Notes under the pieces: model-generated
What the model was told of the DNA's origin: nothing
The model's input: the letters and a program-made list of their open reading frames with translations, nothing else
Databases searched by the model: none
NCBI GenBank assembly: GCA_036172245.1
Contig: JAYWIR010000025.1
Span: 558,001 to 622,000, forward strand
Source: Raillietiella orientalis
Lineage: Eukaryota
Direction of reading: 5' to 3'
Length of the DNA stretch: 64,000 nucleotides
Position numbers and translations under genes: made by a program
Shown here: positions 12,101-24,600 of the stretch, in pieces
Numbering within the stretch: the stretch's first letter is position 1
Layout: every line of letters starts with the position of its first letter

Positions 12101-15100
12101 GTGACAAGTTCCACATGTTCCTTTCCTTTGGGGGTGCCAAGAGTTCCAGAGTGCCAACTCTTTCCAGTGTTTAACTTAAGCCTCACGAAGTATGCTGTCT
12201 CTGCAGTGGCTTCCTTTTGCTCTCTAATTTTTCTTCCTCTTCAGAACATTCTCGTTGAACGTTTGAGTGCATGCGAGAGGGAGAAGGGAATGTTCTATAG
12301 TTTGACGACAGGAACATGCGTAGAAATTGCTTTTGGGAGAATGGGGAAGCAAGAAGGAGGAAGCTGCATAAGCAGAGAGCGGCAGCACTGACATAGATGG
12401 ACGAGAGGCCGAAACAGCCCACAGTCTTGCTGTGTCATGCAAAACCTTGCCAGGAGTAGTAAGTAGTAGGTAGCCTCATAGTTGCCCTGCGCTGGACGTA
12501 TGCCGATGAGTCTCCGAAAAGTCGTTCTACTCCTTTTCCGAATCGCAACCCCCGAGTTCACGTGAAGCGAAAAAACAGCTGTTTGGTTACTCAAGGACCA
12601 TATTTCTTGGACGCTTTTTGCCCTGCGTCTCCCAAGCAGCCGAGCTACGTCGTGGTCGAGATGTCACACTGGAAGGAGACCTTCAGCTGTGCACACACTG
12701 GCTACGTCTCCTAAGTAATAGATTTCTTCCCTTGAGCGCAACATAGACCACCAGGCGCTGAGGAATGTTGACGATACTCCGCAGTCGCATCCCCGATATC
12801 GGAGGCACTGAATCCGTGTCCACCCAAGGAAGCCACTTCCTCAGATTCCAGATCAACAAGGACCAGTGAAACGCATTCTCGTCGTGACAGTTTTGCAAAG
12901 AAGTGAGGATATCGCCTGGTACGCCAGTTTAGCACCACCTCTGTGGTTCAGGTGAAGTGGCCTACCGGGCAATTTTCGCTGACACAGCCAGCTTGCTACC
13001 ACTTTGTGGATAGCTGGACTGGTGATCTCGGTAGCTGGTGATTCTGAGGTGGACCGGGTTTCTTTGAGCCCAATGAAAAGGACGCACTGTTGCGACCTCC
13101 ACTGGTAACGTTCCTGTGAGGAACAGCGTAACTGGTCCGAAGACAGCTCATCACCATTAATCTTCAACAAGTTCGTAAAAGTGACGTGGTTTTTCGTGGC
13201 TATTCATTCAGGACGGATAGGTTTCGAGGTGGGCAGCCATCGCCATCATCCGAGACAAATAGCTTGCTGAAGACATCGGAATGCTGCCCGTAAACTTTTT
13301 AACACGTGAATTACACCTTTAAATCAAGTAGACTATGGTCTTTTTTGCCTTTCCGGAAAGATCGTTGATCGAAAACTTTCTCTGCTAACCGGAAGTGCTT
13401 GAGGACAATGTCGATAGCAAGTGAACCTGACACCGGTCGGATTCGCTTGAACACCGTATCTTGCATTTGGTGGCACAGATCTCGGGATTCTCCTCATCCA
13501 ATCGAAGGGGAAACGGTGAGCAGAAATCCGAACTGGAACCAGACCACGGTTCGGTGTACGAGGATTTACGTTCGGCAAACTGTGTTCCCTCCTCTGAAAG
13601 GAACGGCATGTTGTCGTCGCGATGACATGCTGCGTCTTGTACAGATGTTAACAGGAAAGGGACAGCTCAGAACTGGTACTTTCAAGACTTGACTCGTGCC
13701 CTTGTTATAAGGGTGGCCTTCGGAGGATAGTCGTGATGTTCGCGAAGAAAGCCGCGTTGCTCTGTCCCATTCGCTTGAGGACCGTTTTGCCTCCTGATGC
13801 AAAAAAAAACAGATCAGAAAGGGAATAAAGATCGTTGGATCATCCCGTCATTCCCACCATTGTTGATGTTGATGGGCTTGGACGAAGCCATTGTGGATAC
13901 GGGTGCTCACGAAAGACATCTGTACATGCCGTGAAGAGTAGTACTTTCTGTGGGTTCTAACTGAAAACAGGGCTAGAATCTGCTTCCGGCTTGATCTCTG
14001 TGTATTCTTCGCTGGTTTTTGTGTGTGTTACTGTTCTCCTCGCTTGCGGATGCGTTTCTTGTGCGCGTATCTCCGTGAAATCGAGCTTTTGCTTCCTGAT
14101 GCGGAAGCTGTTGTTTCGAACCAGTTGGCTCCGGTGCTGGGGCTTGGGAGCGAGAGGCGCAATCGGATCATGCAGAGGGGTGGGCTGCACCGTGCAGTTG
14201 AAATCCAACCCAGGCACTTCTCTGGAATCATCATTGACATTTTGTCTGGCGTTGACCAATTTTTGATTCGATGAATCCGCGTCTCAGAGTTGCTGCGGAT
14301 TATACTGCAGTTATTCTTGTTTCCATCAGTGTGTGCGCGTATGTGTGCCTGTGAGCACCAGCGTGTATATTGGCATGCGTATATGTGTAGTGTGTGCGCG
14401 TGCATGTGTTCGATCCACAGTCGGCCATTTTTCTTCTTTTTTAATTCATGTTCCCCGATTAAAAAAAAAAAAAAAAACATGACTTCGATTCATTTGCTTA
14501 TTTTAGTGGTGGATTGCACTCGTTAACGTCTTGGCAACTGAGATTTCCTAACCGTCTGGCTCAAGGGGATGGGTGCGTGCTTGGCTCCTTCAGCATCACG
14601 CTGCATCTTAGCGTAGGATCTGCGTGGAAAAGCAGGACGATACTTCTTTTTCACTGCACTCGCTGTGCGTTGGATCCTCCATGCGTATCCCCCCTCCCCA
14701 TTAGCGGAGCGCATTTTTTTTTTTTTTTTTTTTTTTTTTTGCGGGATCACGGGTACCTGCATGCGAAATTCCCAAGAAAATTAACGTGCAACTGCAGCTG
14801 CGTACCCTCCCCGGCCAGCGGTCAGTTTCGCGTTTGATTCGACGAACCGCACCGCGTGCCTGTCATGGAAAGTCATCCTTGTCGTCTCCTTTGCTCCGTT
14901 ATTCCAAGATTACACCGCCGATGATGATTTATTCCATCGTGAAAGTCCCCTGTTGTTTCCAGGGAAAAAAGGAGAAAAAAAAAAGACATCTGTTTTAATT
15001 CTGCCGCTGCCAAGTCTTCCGGCGTGCACTTTTTCGTTACCGCCTGTATGAAGTTCATTCTTGCGATTTTGATCTGATTTTTAGCGTTCCCCGCCTCCCT

Positions 15101-15587
15101 CGGATTCTATTTGGATACTCGTCTGCATTCAGCTTCTGAGGAAAACCTCTTTTACGGCTTGTTGTTCCTTTCTTTCTTCATTTAAGAAGATCCCTGCGAT
15201 GATTTATTTCGGCAGTTGTTGGCGTGGAAGTTAATCTTCCGGTGACAGTCCCTTAAAATGTTTCCCACTGCGCATTAGTCAACTTCGCTGATGAGCTCGC
15301 TCCGCCGTAGGGATCCGGGAGCACAAACATTTGCTTTCTATTTTTCCCGGCCGTAAGGGAACCACGCAGTTCTGTTCCGGCATCACGGGTGATCCGAGGA
15401 CGCCCGCGAAGCTGGTCATAAAGTTCTACACGTCTGTCGTACTCTGGAGAGCTTGTCCAGAGTTGTCGTCGTTCCCACGTTGGAACGAATCTCCGCAGAG
15501 TTGCCACCGCTTCTGCTATTAATCTGCCGTTCGGTTCTTCGAAACGTTTCTACCGTGCTCCCCGCTACCCCTACCCCGCTACCCTGT

Positions 15588-15639
<52 letters not shown>

Positions 15640-18600
15640 AGGGGGAGGGTGATTTCTCTGGCAAGATTCCTTCGAGACCGACGAATCACTTGCAGCAGCA
15701 TCTTCACAAATCGAGCTTGAGAAACGATTCGTTCCTCAGGTCCAGGGCACTTTTTCCTTTCTACCTACCCTCCCAATCATCACCATTTTGACATGTCATT
15801 CTGTGCATAATCGTCGACCCCGGGAACCGTAATTCATCTCTACGATTAGCCTTCATCTGCAGCTCCGACAGTTTTCCTTGTTCTCTCTCTCTCTCTCCCT
15901 CCCCCCTTCCCCCCCCCCCCGAGTTCCACGGTTAACGAGTTTCGTCTCGCGAAACGTTGCTGTCGGCACGCGTAGCCTTCCGTGACTCGGTCCCGCCGGG
16001 TATGCAGTACTTCCCGGCCCACACCCGTTCCGTCCATGTGCTGCTCTGCACGTGGATTGTGGCGGCCTGCGTCGCCCTCTTCGACAATCTTCTTCCCGGA
16101 GTCCTCCGTCGGAAGACATTCATCTTTGTTTCATCCAGGAGAGCAGAATCCCTGGACTGTTCTCTTGCAGATGCAGAGAGATCCAACCCTTCCTTCATTT
16201 GCGATCCACTATCGGATCCCTTGGATCTGTGTCGGTGCCCTGCCATCTCCTACTGTCCTCCTCCGTTTCTGACTCGGGGCATTTGCTGTTACAGCTGCCG
16301 AGTGCTTCCTCTGCGCGCATCACCTTTCGGGATCTTGGTCCTTTTGATGGTTCCCTTGATGTCCTCCCTGCGTCTGTTCGGAAAATTTCCGTCAAGGATG
16401 GAGCCCACTGTAGTGCTCCAAACCCAGGAATATTTCCTGTGCCCAAATGGATGCTCGTCGATAACCCGTGACCAAGAGTTAGTTCCCTTTCGCCACTGGA
16501 CCGATTCTCTGTTTCCTCGAGTGGCAATCAGGATGAGGGCAACCGCCGTCACCTTTGGCTCTCCCACCACATCACAGCCTTTTTCCCTCCTTCAAGCCCC
16601 GAGTTTCAGTCCATGCCCAAGTCACAAGGCCCTGCCGAGCATTCGCGTCTGTCCGAGCTGTGCTGAGTTTCCGATCGGAAAATCCCCGCAGCGCTTTTTC
16701 TTCTCCTGACGAGCGTTTCCTCGGGCTTTGACAGTGACAGCGGGAACGGCTATTTATTTCTGAGGGACTTTCCCCTCGTAGTGTGTTCCCCTCCGGATAT
16801 CTGCCCATTTGCAATGCAAGCGTGTACCCTCGAATATATCATGTGCCTTCTGCCGGCTTCGACCCCATCGTTTCGTTCGGTGCATCCATCCCTTCGCTAG
16901 AGCACCTCCGAGAGCGACATATGGATTTCTCTCGTGGTTAGGCAGGTGACCAGCATGTGCGGGATTCTTTCTCCGGGGCAAAACACACACACACACGTGC
17001 CTCCGTTCACTCGAAATGGCAGACTCGAAGGAACTGCGTCCGTCCTCCCGCTCCTTCTGCGCGGGTGCAGAGCATATCCTCCGCATCTGCCCGGGCCTGC
17101 TCGGCAGAACTTCCTACGATCACATCCAACTTCTTGCTGAGTACATCCTTGCGACAAAAAGAAGACTCTAACCACTTCCTACGCTTAACCTCTCTTTCCC
17201 CTCCCCCGTTTCCTGTTTTTTTTTTTTTTTTTTTTCCTTCTCTTTTTCTCTCAGTCGTCTGTGAAGAGCGCGAAAGAAGGAACGAATTGAGAAGGTAAGA
17301 CCCTTCCCGTCGCTGAGCTTCGCTTCCCTTCCCTTTCGAATGCAGGCAGCTGGACGGAACGCGGACTGACTGACTGCCTTTGGGGAGTGCTCGCTGACGC
17401 CTCGCTACTTTTGCATTGACCCTATCTTGGAATTTGGTTTCCGGCGTGTCTCCTGCTTCCTTCATTCGTGCATCCCGATCGGAAAGGCTGGTGCGTCTCT
17501 TATCCTTCGCGGATGCGAGTTGCTTTTCCGTTCGCACGCGAGTAGTCGGTATCCAGTGCGGATTCCAGAGCATTCAGTGGCTGCTATCCTGAGGGTGCAA
17601 GACACTGCGAGCGGGTGCTTCGCGTGTGCTTCTGCGAACCGGATCCGAGGAGTGCCTCCTCGGCATCTGGAAACGGGTCTGGTGAACCCTGAGGACGCCT
17701 TCGAGCCAACCTTATCTCTCGTGCGCACAGCTTTCTCCGAAGGTGTCTCTCTAAGTGAAGGTCGAAGACGGATGGACATCTCTGCACGCGCTTCTTGCAT
17801 TGCCCCTCGTCTTTGGAATTCGCGCAACATTCCTGCAAGGCTTCCCGAAAACTGGCTTTGGCAGAGCCAATTTTCCTCTTTTTTTTCTTGTCTTTGTAAG
17901 CGCACAGTGGTCTCCCCAGTTTGACATCCAGGCAAGCGGATAGCTGATCACATTCTCTACTTAGGCTAGGGTATTCAATTAGGTCTCTTTTCCCGGTCCC
18001 AAACAAGGGCATCTCGTTGCGCCTTTACTCCGCAGAGTTTTCGCAGAGGGAACGGAACTTAGGGTAGCAGCTTCGCCTCTTTTTCTGGTCCCTTTCCGTG
18101 GACGTTACAAGTCCGCAGCTTGACCTACGTCTCGAGACAGAGGAATGGTATACTCGAGTGCTGAGATCCAGAAGCAGGAAGGAAGGAAACAAGCAACGCC
18201 GAGAAACCTCCTTAGAAAGCTCCTTTCAGCCGGGCACAGCTTTATTTTTGTGTGTACTGAACCGTTTTTTATTCTCTCTCTCTTCGTTGTTACCATGAGT
18301 ACGGAAACTGAGCCCCGCCGTGGCGTCGGCTAAAGCGGGAGGGCGTGCGGAACATCGTCATTGCTGGGGGTTCGTTCAAGTTGAGCCTCAGCGAAATGTC
18401 GGTGCTGTTGCCTAAGAAAGCATTTTCCAGAAGAGGGAGATGATTAGCATAGAGTGCGCTTGAGGTGGTGTCACAGTCGAGTTGGTCATTTCAGAACCTC
18501 TTTTCCCCTTCCTGTGGTTATCATGTGCTCAGCTTTTTCCATGAACGTGAACGTGGGCAACAGGGCTTGTAACATCGAGGGAGGAAGGGGATTAACTCTC

Positions 18601-21600
18601 GTGCGACAGTAAAGGGAGACCGGAATGAAGCAAGGAGTATCCCCAGTGCTTGCCATCCGTTGCTGGCCTACGGGGTGCTGCCGCCGCTGCTTCGACGAGG
18701 AAGCTGTGGAACGGAAACGCTCTCTCTGTGTTCAGAGTAGATATTGGAGGAAAAGGCCAGAGCGGACGCATCGTAAAAATTTGAGCGGACGGGGAGAGGA
18801 GGGCGCGGGAGTGCTGTCGGCGCGAGGTGAAGACTAGAGGGCATGCCGCCTTGGTTTCCTGTTTGCAGCCTCAGCAAATGAAGGGGAGGAAGGAGAGGAG
18901 AGGGAGACTGTTTGGCCTGGAAAGTCCTCCGCCACCTCCTTAGCTCCCTACCATCCGAGAAGCCACAACCGATCCACCTCACCAGGGATGGGTGCGTCTT
19001 GTGTCTGCACATGTCTAGCTAGGAATGAAAGGGACGAAGAGACAGGGAGGAAAGGGGAGAGATGAAGAAAATGGAGAAAAACGTTCTTCTGAATTCCTGC
19101 GGCAGGAGGAAAATGCAGGTCCACCGGTTTGCAGTGCATGGATTCGTGACGTCACGTTTGGCGTTCTCTCCGGCTGCAGAGGAATTGCAAGATGCCTAGA
19201 GGGTCCCTAGACTTCTTTCACGTTCTAGGGACCCTCTACGCGCTTGCACTTTCGTGGGGCAACTTTCTCCAAGGCGAACGGAAGGCTCCTCCGTTGACCC
19301 AACCCTGCTGGCCTTTGCTTGACCGCCACAGCAATGTCTACTACTTCGCTCCCTCCCGGAAAAATCCTGGAGAGGGATGCTCTTGCTTTCCTCCTCCAGG
19401 AAAAAGCCGACCGCTCTTTTCCGGTTACCGTCCTTCTCAGGGAACTTCAGAAGGAGGGGCCGCAAGATGTGGATTAGATCGAGGTGGCACAACCCTTGCC
19501 ACCGACAGAGCGTCAAGGGTCGTGCCATGGGGTGATGCTTCTCTGGGGATAGTGAGTGCTTGTGGAAAAGACCAGCGACCTTCTCTTCCAACTCTCTCGT
19601 CCCTTCTTGCGCGATTTTGTATGTCTCTTGAGAGAAGTTGCGTCCATTTGCAATGCAGTCCAGTGCTCGAGGGCATCTGTCTGAATAGAAGTGACACTGC
19701 AAAAGCGCAGGCGGTGGGAAGGCACTGGTGGTACAGCGGAGCCTGGAGAAAGGGAGGAGGAATGGTTCTCGGGTTGCGCGCTTCTCTGCGATCCCGGTGC
19801 GGGATTCCTTCCACTGCTATTGTCATCATCCAGGGATCGAAGAAGTGGCGTCCATAAAGGTCGTTGGAGGATCCAGGAAGGACGAGGAGCTGAAGATGGG
19901 GCAGAACATCACTCTGCGATGCAAAGCGGACGGATACCCCAAGCCGGACTTTCAGTGGCTCAGGTAAATCCTGCCCCAGGAGTGTGTTCTTCCCTCCCTC
20001 CTCTCTATCTTTTATTGCTTCTTCCTCCTTTTACTCCCTCATCTCGCCCCTCTTGCCCCTCTCTTCTTCCCTTCCGTAGAAACGGGAAGATCATCCAGAA
20101 GGATGAGACGCACCACCACCACAATCACAACCACCACCATCACCACCACCGAGCCAATCTGCTTCACGTCTTCGGCGTCAGTGCCAAAAACAACGGCGCC
20201 TATTCCTGCCGCGCAAGGAACCAGGCGGGCTGGACACGGAGCGAAGAAGATTTCCTCCTGAGAATCAGAGGTGAGTGGACAGGCAAGTAGATCCCAAAGA
20301 ACGAACCTCCCAACGCTTGCTTCTCCTCCAGATCCCTCTTCCCCCTACCTGGTGAATATTACGGGAAGTCTGCTGGTCCGGGCCTCCGAGCCCGCTATGC
20401 TCAGCTGCAGGTACGAGGGAGCGTCCCTCACGGAATGGCTTCTGGACGACGGCACGATGATCCTGAACGATTCCAGGTATGAACTCGTTTCCGTGGCAAC
20501 TTCTACATCCATTCCACCATCCCCTCCGTTGGCCAGTGGGCGGCAGGAAGGAAAATGACGTGGGAAAAGGGAAAGAAGAAGTGGTCTTAGTGGTTTCTTG
20601 AGCGACGGGGGGGAATGCACACTGTCGAGGCTCGGAAATGAGGCTTTGCCATTGGCAACCGTTACCACGAAATTGGCACTGAGGGGAGGACGGTGCCCTC
20701 TTTCGTACCATCATCCGTCGCTCGTGCTTGCTTGCGTTTCCCTCATTCCCCACCGCGTCCTCCTTCGCCCCCGGCTGCCCTGCTTGTTCTTCGAGAAGGA
20801 CTCGGCGTCCTGCGGTCGGTGGGTGGACTCGGCTCTGGAGTAGGAGAGCGCACCGCAGCGCGGCTCGTGCGCAGTCTGCTTGAAGCACCTATATGACTGC
20901 ACATTTCCGGACTCGCTCAGAAGACGCGCATCTCCCGCCGCGGCTCCCTCCCCAGGGTTTCTTCTCCATGTTCCTCTTCTTTCCCGCTCTTCTCGTTCTC
21001 CTCTCCTCCTCCCTCACCTCTTCGCTCCCCTCTCTCCCCCTACCGATGCTGTCCTTCGTACTATCCGGACGTTCGCAGTAAGCATCTGCTCCCGTGGAAC
21101 GGTCCCCCTTAGTCCATACTTCCCTCTCCCTTTTAGCAGCCACACCGCAGGGTCTCTGCACTGCTATGTACCGTGGAGGGAGGATGGGGGAGGGAGAAGA
21201 GAGAGAGACCAGCGATGGCGGCACACTGTCCCGAAGATTGTCGTGAGCCTTCGATGGTACATCTTCTCTCACCCTTTCTCTGCTCCGAGATACGAACTGA
21301 AGGAGAAGGCGCAAAGAAACACGGGCTGAAACACGAGTTGATGCCCCCGGTGTCGATGCTCTGCAGGAGAGTATTCGACACGATATGGACGCAAGAGAGG
21401 AAGAGACTGCTTGTTCCCGAATGGCAGCTGTTCTGCGCATGAGCTTGGACCCCCCGGTGAAGAGGAGGATGCGAGCCAACGCTGGAAGATCTCGCGGCAT
21501 CCCAGACTCCCTCCAAGTGCTCATGGGGATTTGCGTTGGTCTCTGAAGGTCCCTCTGGCCGCCCAGTACCTCCCTCTCGTCTGTTGCCGCCCCGTTGCGT

Positions 21601-24600
21601 GGGTGCTGGAAAAGATCCACCCGTTGGCGACGGTTCCGGGAAACAGCAGAGTGGAGGGGAGTAGCAGTGAAGGAGGAGCAGTGGAGCGATTTCAGAGGAC
21701 CAGGATGAGACGCACGCCGCTGCCGAAAGAGTCGCTATGGGAACCCATGAAGGACGAAGGAGCAGTGTCCAGGCGAGCGAGCGCCGCAGAGTGGAGTGTC
21801 CTGATGTTGGTGGAGACGTTGGAAAAGACGGAAACTCTGCGTTCTCGAGCGGTCCCGGCGTCCGGGATCTGTGCCGATCTCGTGCGGCTAAAAAGCTGCG
21901 ACCATAGCGGTGGAGTGAATTCCGGAAATTCCGTCGTTTTCCGTCCTGCGAGTGGATGGCTGCTGGTCCTCTCTGCTCCATTTTTTTTTTCTTTTTTTAT
22001 CTCACAGCTCCGGTGCTCCTTCTACGCAGTTGAGGGTCGAGCATGGGGAGAAAAGCTCTACGCTATCCCAAAGAAGGCGAAGAAGGGTAGTCTTCAGCAA
22101 GCAATGCGGGGCCCACACTCCTGGGGAGAATTACTGTCCGAATTGCCTCCTCCTCCCCACCGTACGGGTGACTGCCGAGGCGTGCACAAGCGCCGGAGTC
22201 CGCACGCGGTTCAGTAGACCTCGGTCGCTAAAAGTGGAGGTGGTGAGAGGGGCGTAACGCGCGCGAACTGGGGGGAGGGGTCCTGGGCAAGTTTGCAGGT
22301 GGCTGGCGTGCCTTCTGCGCACAATTTGGGAAGATACGCCAGCCACCGCCATCAGGGGGGCTGACCAGACAGGCACTCTACTGCCCGATGAAAAAGGAAA
22401 CATCTGAAAAGAAGCAGAGGGGAGAAAGAAGTGGGCCGCACCGGAGCTTTTGCCAAAGCAGCAGTCTCCGTTGTCTGAAGACCAGCTTTGCTTGAGGGAG
22501 GGATGGGAGAAGCAGTTGACCTCCGCACGAGGGAGGGACGACGTCATCAAGGAAAGCGCGGCCCAGCCGAGGAGGAGGGCTCTTACGGTATGGGTGGGGA
22601 GGACGCGCGCCTCGGACCGCCAGCCTCCTTTTCCCTCTTGGGAAAAAACTCGCGGAATCGATGGCGGGGTAGGGTTGTAGCCGCTTTGGGAGCCCTCGAG
22701 GTCGCTACTGCTCCCGCGACTTGCTGAAACGAAACAGACTGTGTGGGAACCTCGTTCCAGGAGGTCACATGCAAGTGCAAAGTGCCTGCACCTTTGCAGT
22801 TAGGCCATCCCTGAGGGGAAGAGGGAAAAAAAATAAAGAAATAAATATCATTTCTTTGTCTGTTTCTTTATTTGTGGCGTGGACCAAAGCACGCGTTTTC
22901 TTTCTTTGATTTCTGTGAACGTGGACAGACGCGAACGGCGGGCCGACCAGAAGAGAATCTGTCCACTGTGATGTGGGCAGCATTTTTTTTCATCATTCAC
23001 GCGCATGCTTGGCGTCACTTTTCATCGGGACCTCGGAAAACAAACAAGCAAACAAAATTCTCCTCCTTCATCGCGTTGCCCCTAAACGCACTGCTGTGTG
23101 ACCTCATCTATTCTTGTTCCGTCTTGTGGCATCTTCGTTACTGCTCCAGCAGGAGGTAGCGTTCGACGATGCACGACGAAGGAAGGAGAGCAAATACGGC
23201 GGCGGACTGGCTGACCTCCGTTCCTTTGCAGAAGCAGAGGCGTCGGTCCGAGCGTTGGCTGCTGGCTTCTCGGGACCGTGGGATCCGGGAAAGTCTCACG
23301 GGAACTCGATGTAACCTCGCGTGCGTGCGAGGACCGCATGGCGGCGAGCCCCGAACGTACGGCACAGCCCAGACGGCGTGCGCTGGACGCGTGCCTGTTC
23401 AGGATATCGGCCTCGGTAAGCAGTCCCCACTATAGTCGGGGATGCAACGCCGTCCCTCTGGACCGGATGAATGGGCTGTGAAAATGGTGAAAGATGTTCC
23501 CAAACATGCGGCTCAAAACTTGTGAATTCACCCGAGCGGAGAGTTGAACCCCCTGGTTGATTGTTTCCCACAAAACGAGACCTCGTACATTGGTGGATGG
23601 CGTAGGACGAAACACCTGTGTCCCCCTAGGTGGACTCGGATGGTCGCATGCTCTTTCAGGGAAGAAACGGTTTCGAACCTTCATGCAATAAGGTCAAGAA
23701 GGTGTGCAAGGTTTTTAGATTGAGCTCCTGTAGTGTCACCTATAGAGTTGTCGAGCGCACGTCCATCTGGCGAGTGACCACCAGGTGGGCTCTGATTGAT
23801 TTTCCTTAGACGCGTCATGTGAGAGGTGTTGACAGGAGTTCGGTCAGGGTCTTCCGAGATCCCCGGATAGGTGTCGCAGCTCCTGGGTGGACGCGAGTTG
23901 TCCCAGCTGAAAACAAAAGGGAGAACTGCAGGTCATTTGCGGCGGTCGTGAGCGCAAGCACATTTCCGGTTTCTCTTCTCTGGCGCCATTTTTCTTGCTT
24001 GTGCTTGCTCCCGTGGGAACCGAAGCATCGGTCCAGGTTCTTCACCAGCGTTTTTCGTGCAGCTCCCTCGCTCCGGATGTTCGCCAGAAGCGCTGTGCTA
24101 CCCTGTGGCGTGGACCGGCCTGCTCTCGCCGGAGCCCCATCGTTCCTTCCCTGCCGCATCCAACCGATCCACTCATCCCTGCCCCATCCCAAGCAAGTGG
24201 TTGTCGATTTTCTCTTCCACACTTCCGGAAGAGTCGGATGCAGTCGCCACCGCGACCACTGCTTGGACGCATACTTGCAGGAGCCGTACGCAAGGGCAGA
24301 CGAATGGCGCTGGCAAGCAATAAAGTCGCTAACAAAGCCCGAAGGGCTCTCTAGCATCCCAGGGGAGTGGATATTGCGGACATGACCCGGCAGTGGGAAG
24401 TGCATCTGGTTTCCCAAAAGGGATGCATCGAGCTGCAAGGAATGGTTTCTTCTCCCTTCCCCCCCCTCCCCCTCTTTCTCCTCCCGTCTTTGATCCGATC
24501 CAAGGGTCGCTGGCGAATAAACGTGAAGAAGGAAATCGACCTCGGAAGATGAACGTGTAATAAACCCGATGCGGATGCAGCAGCCTCGAGGAACCTCTCC

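Noticed and set aside
15288..15330. Hammerhead-like CTGATGA followed by a GCTC..GAGC stem
   Set aside because: The required GAAA core is absent (ACAAAC instead). Other CTGANGA hits I checked also failed.
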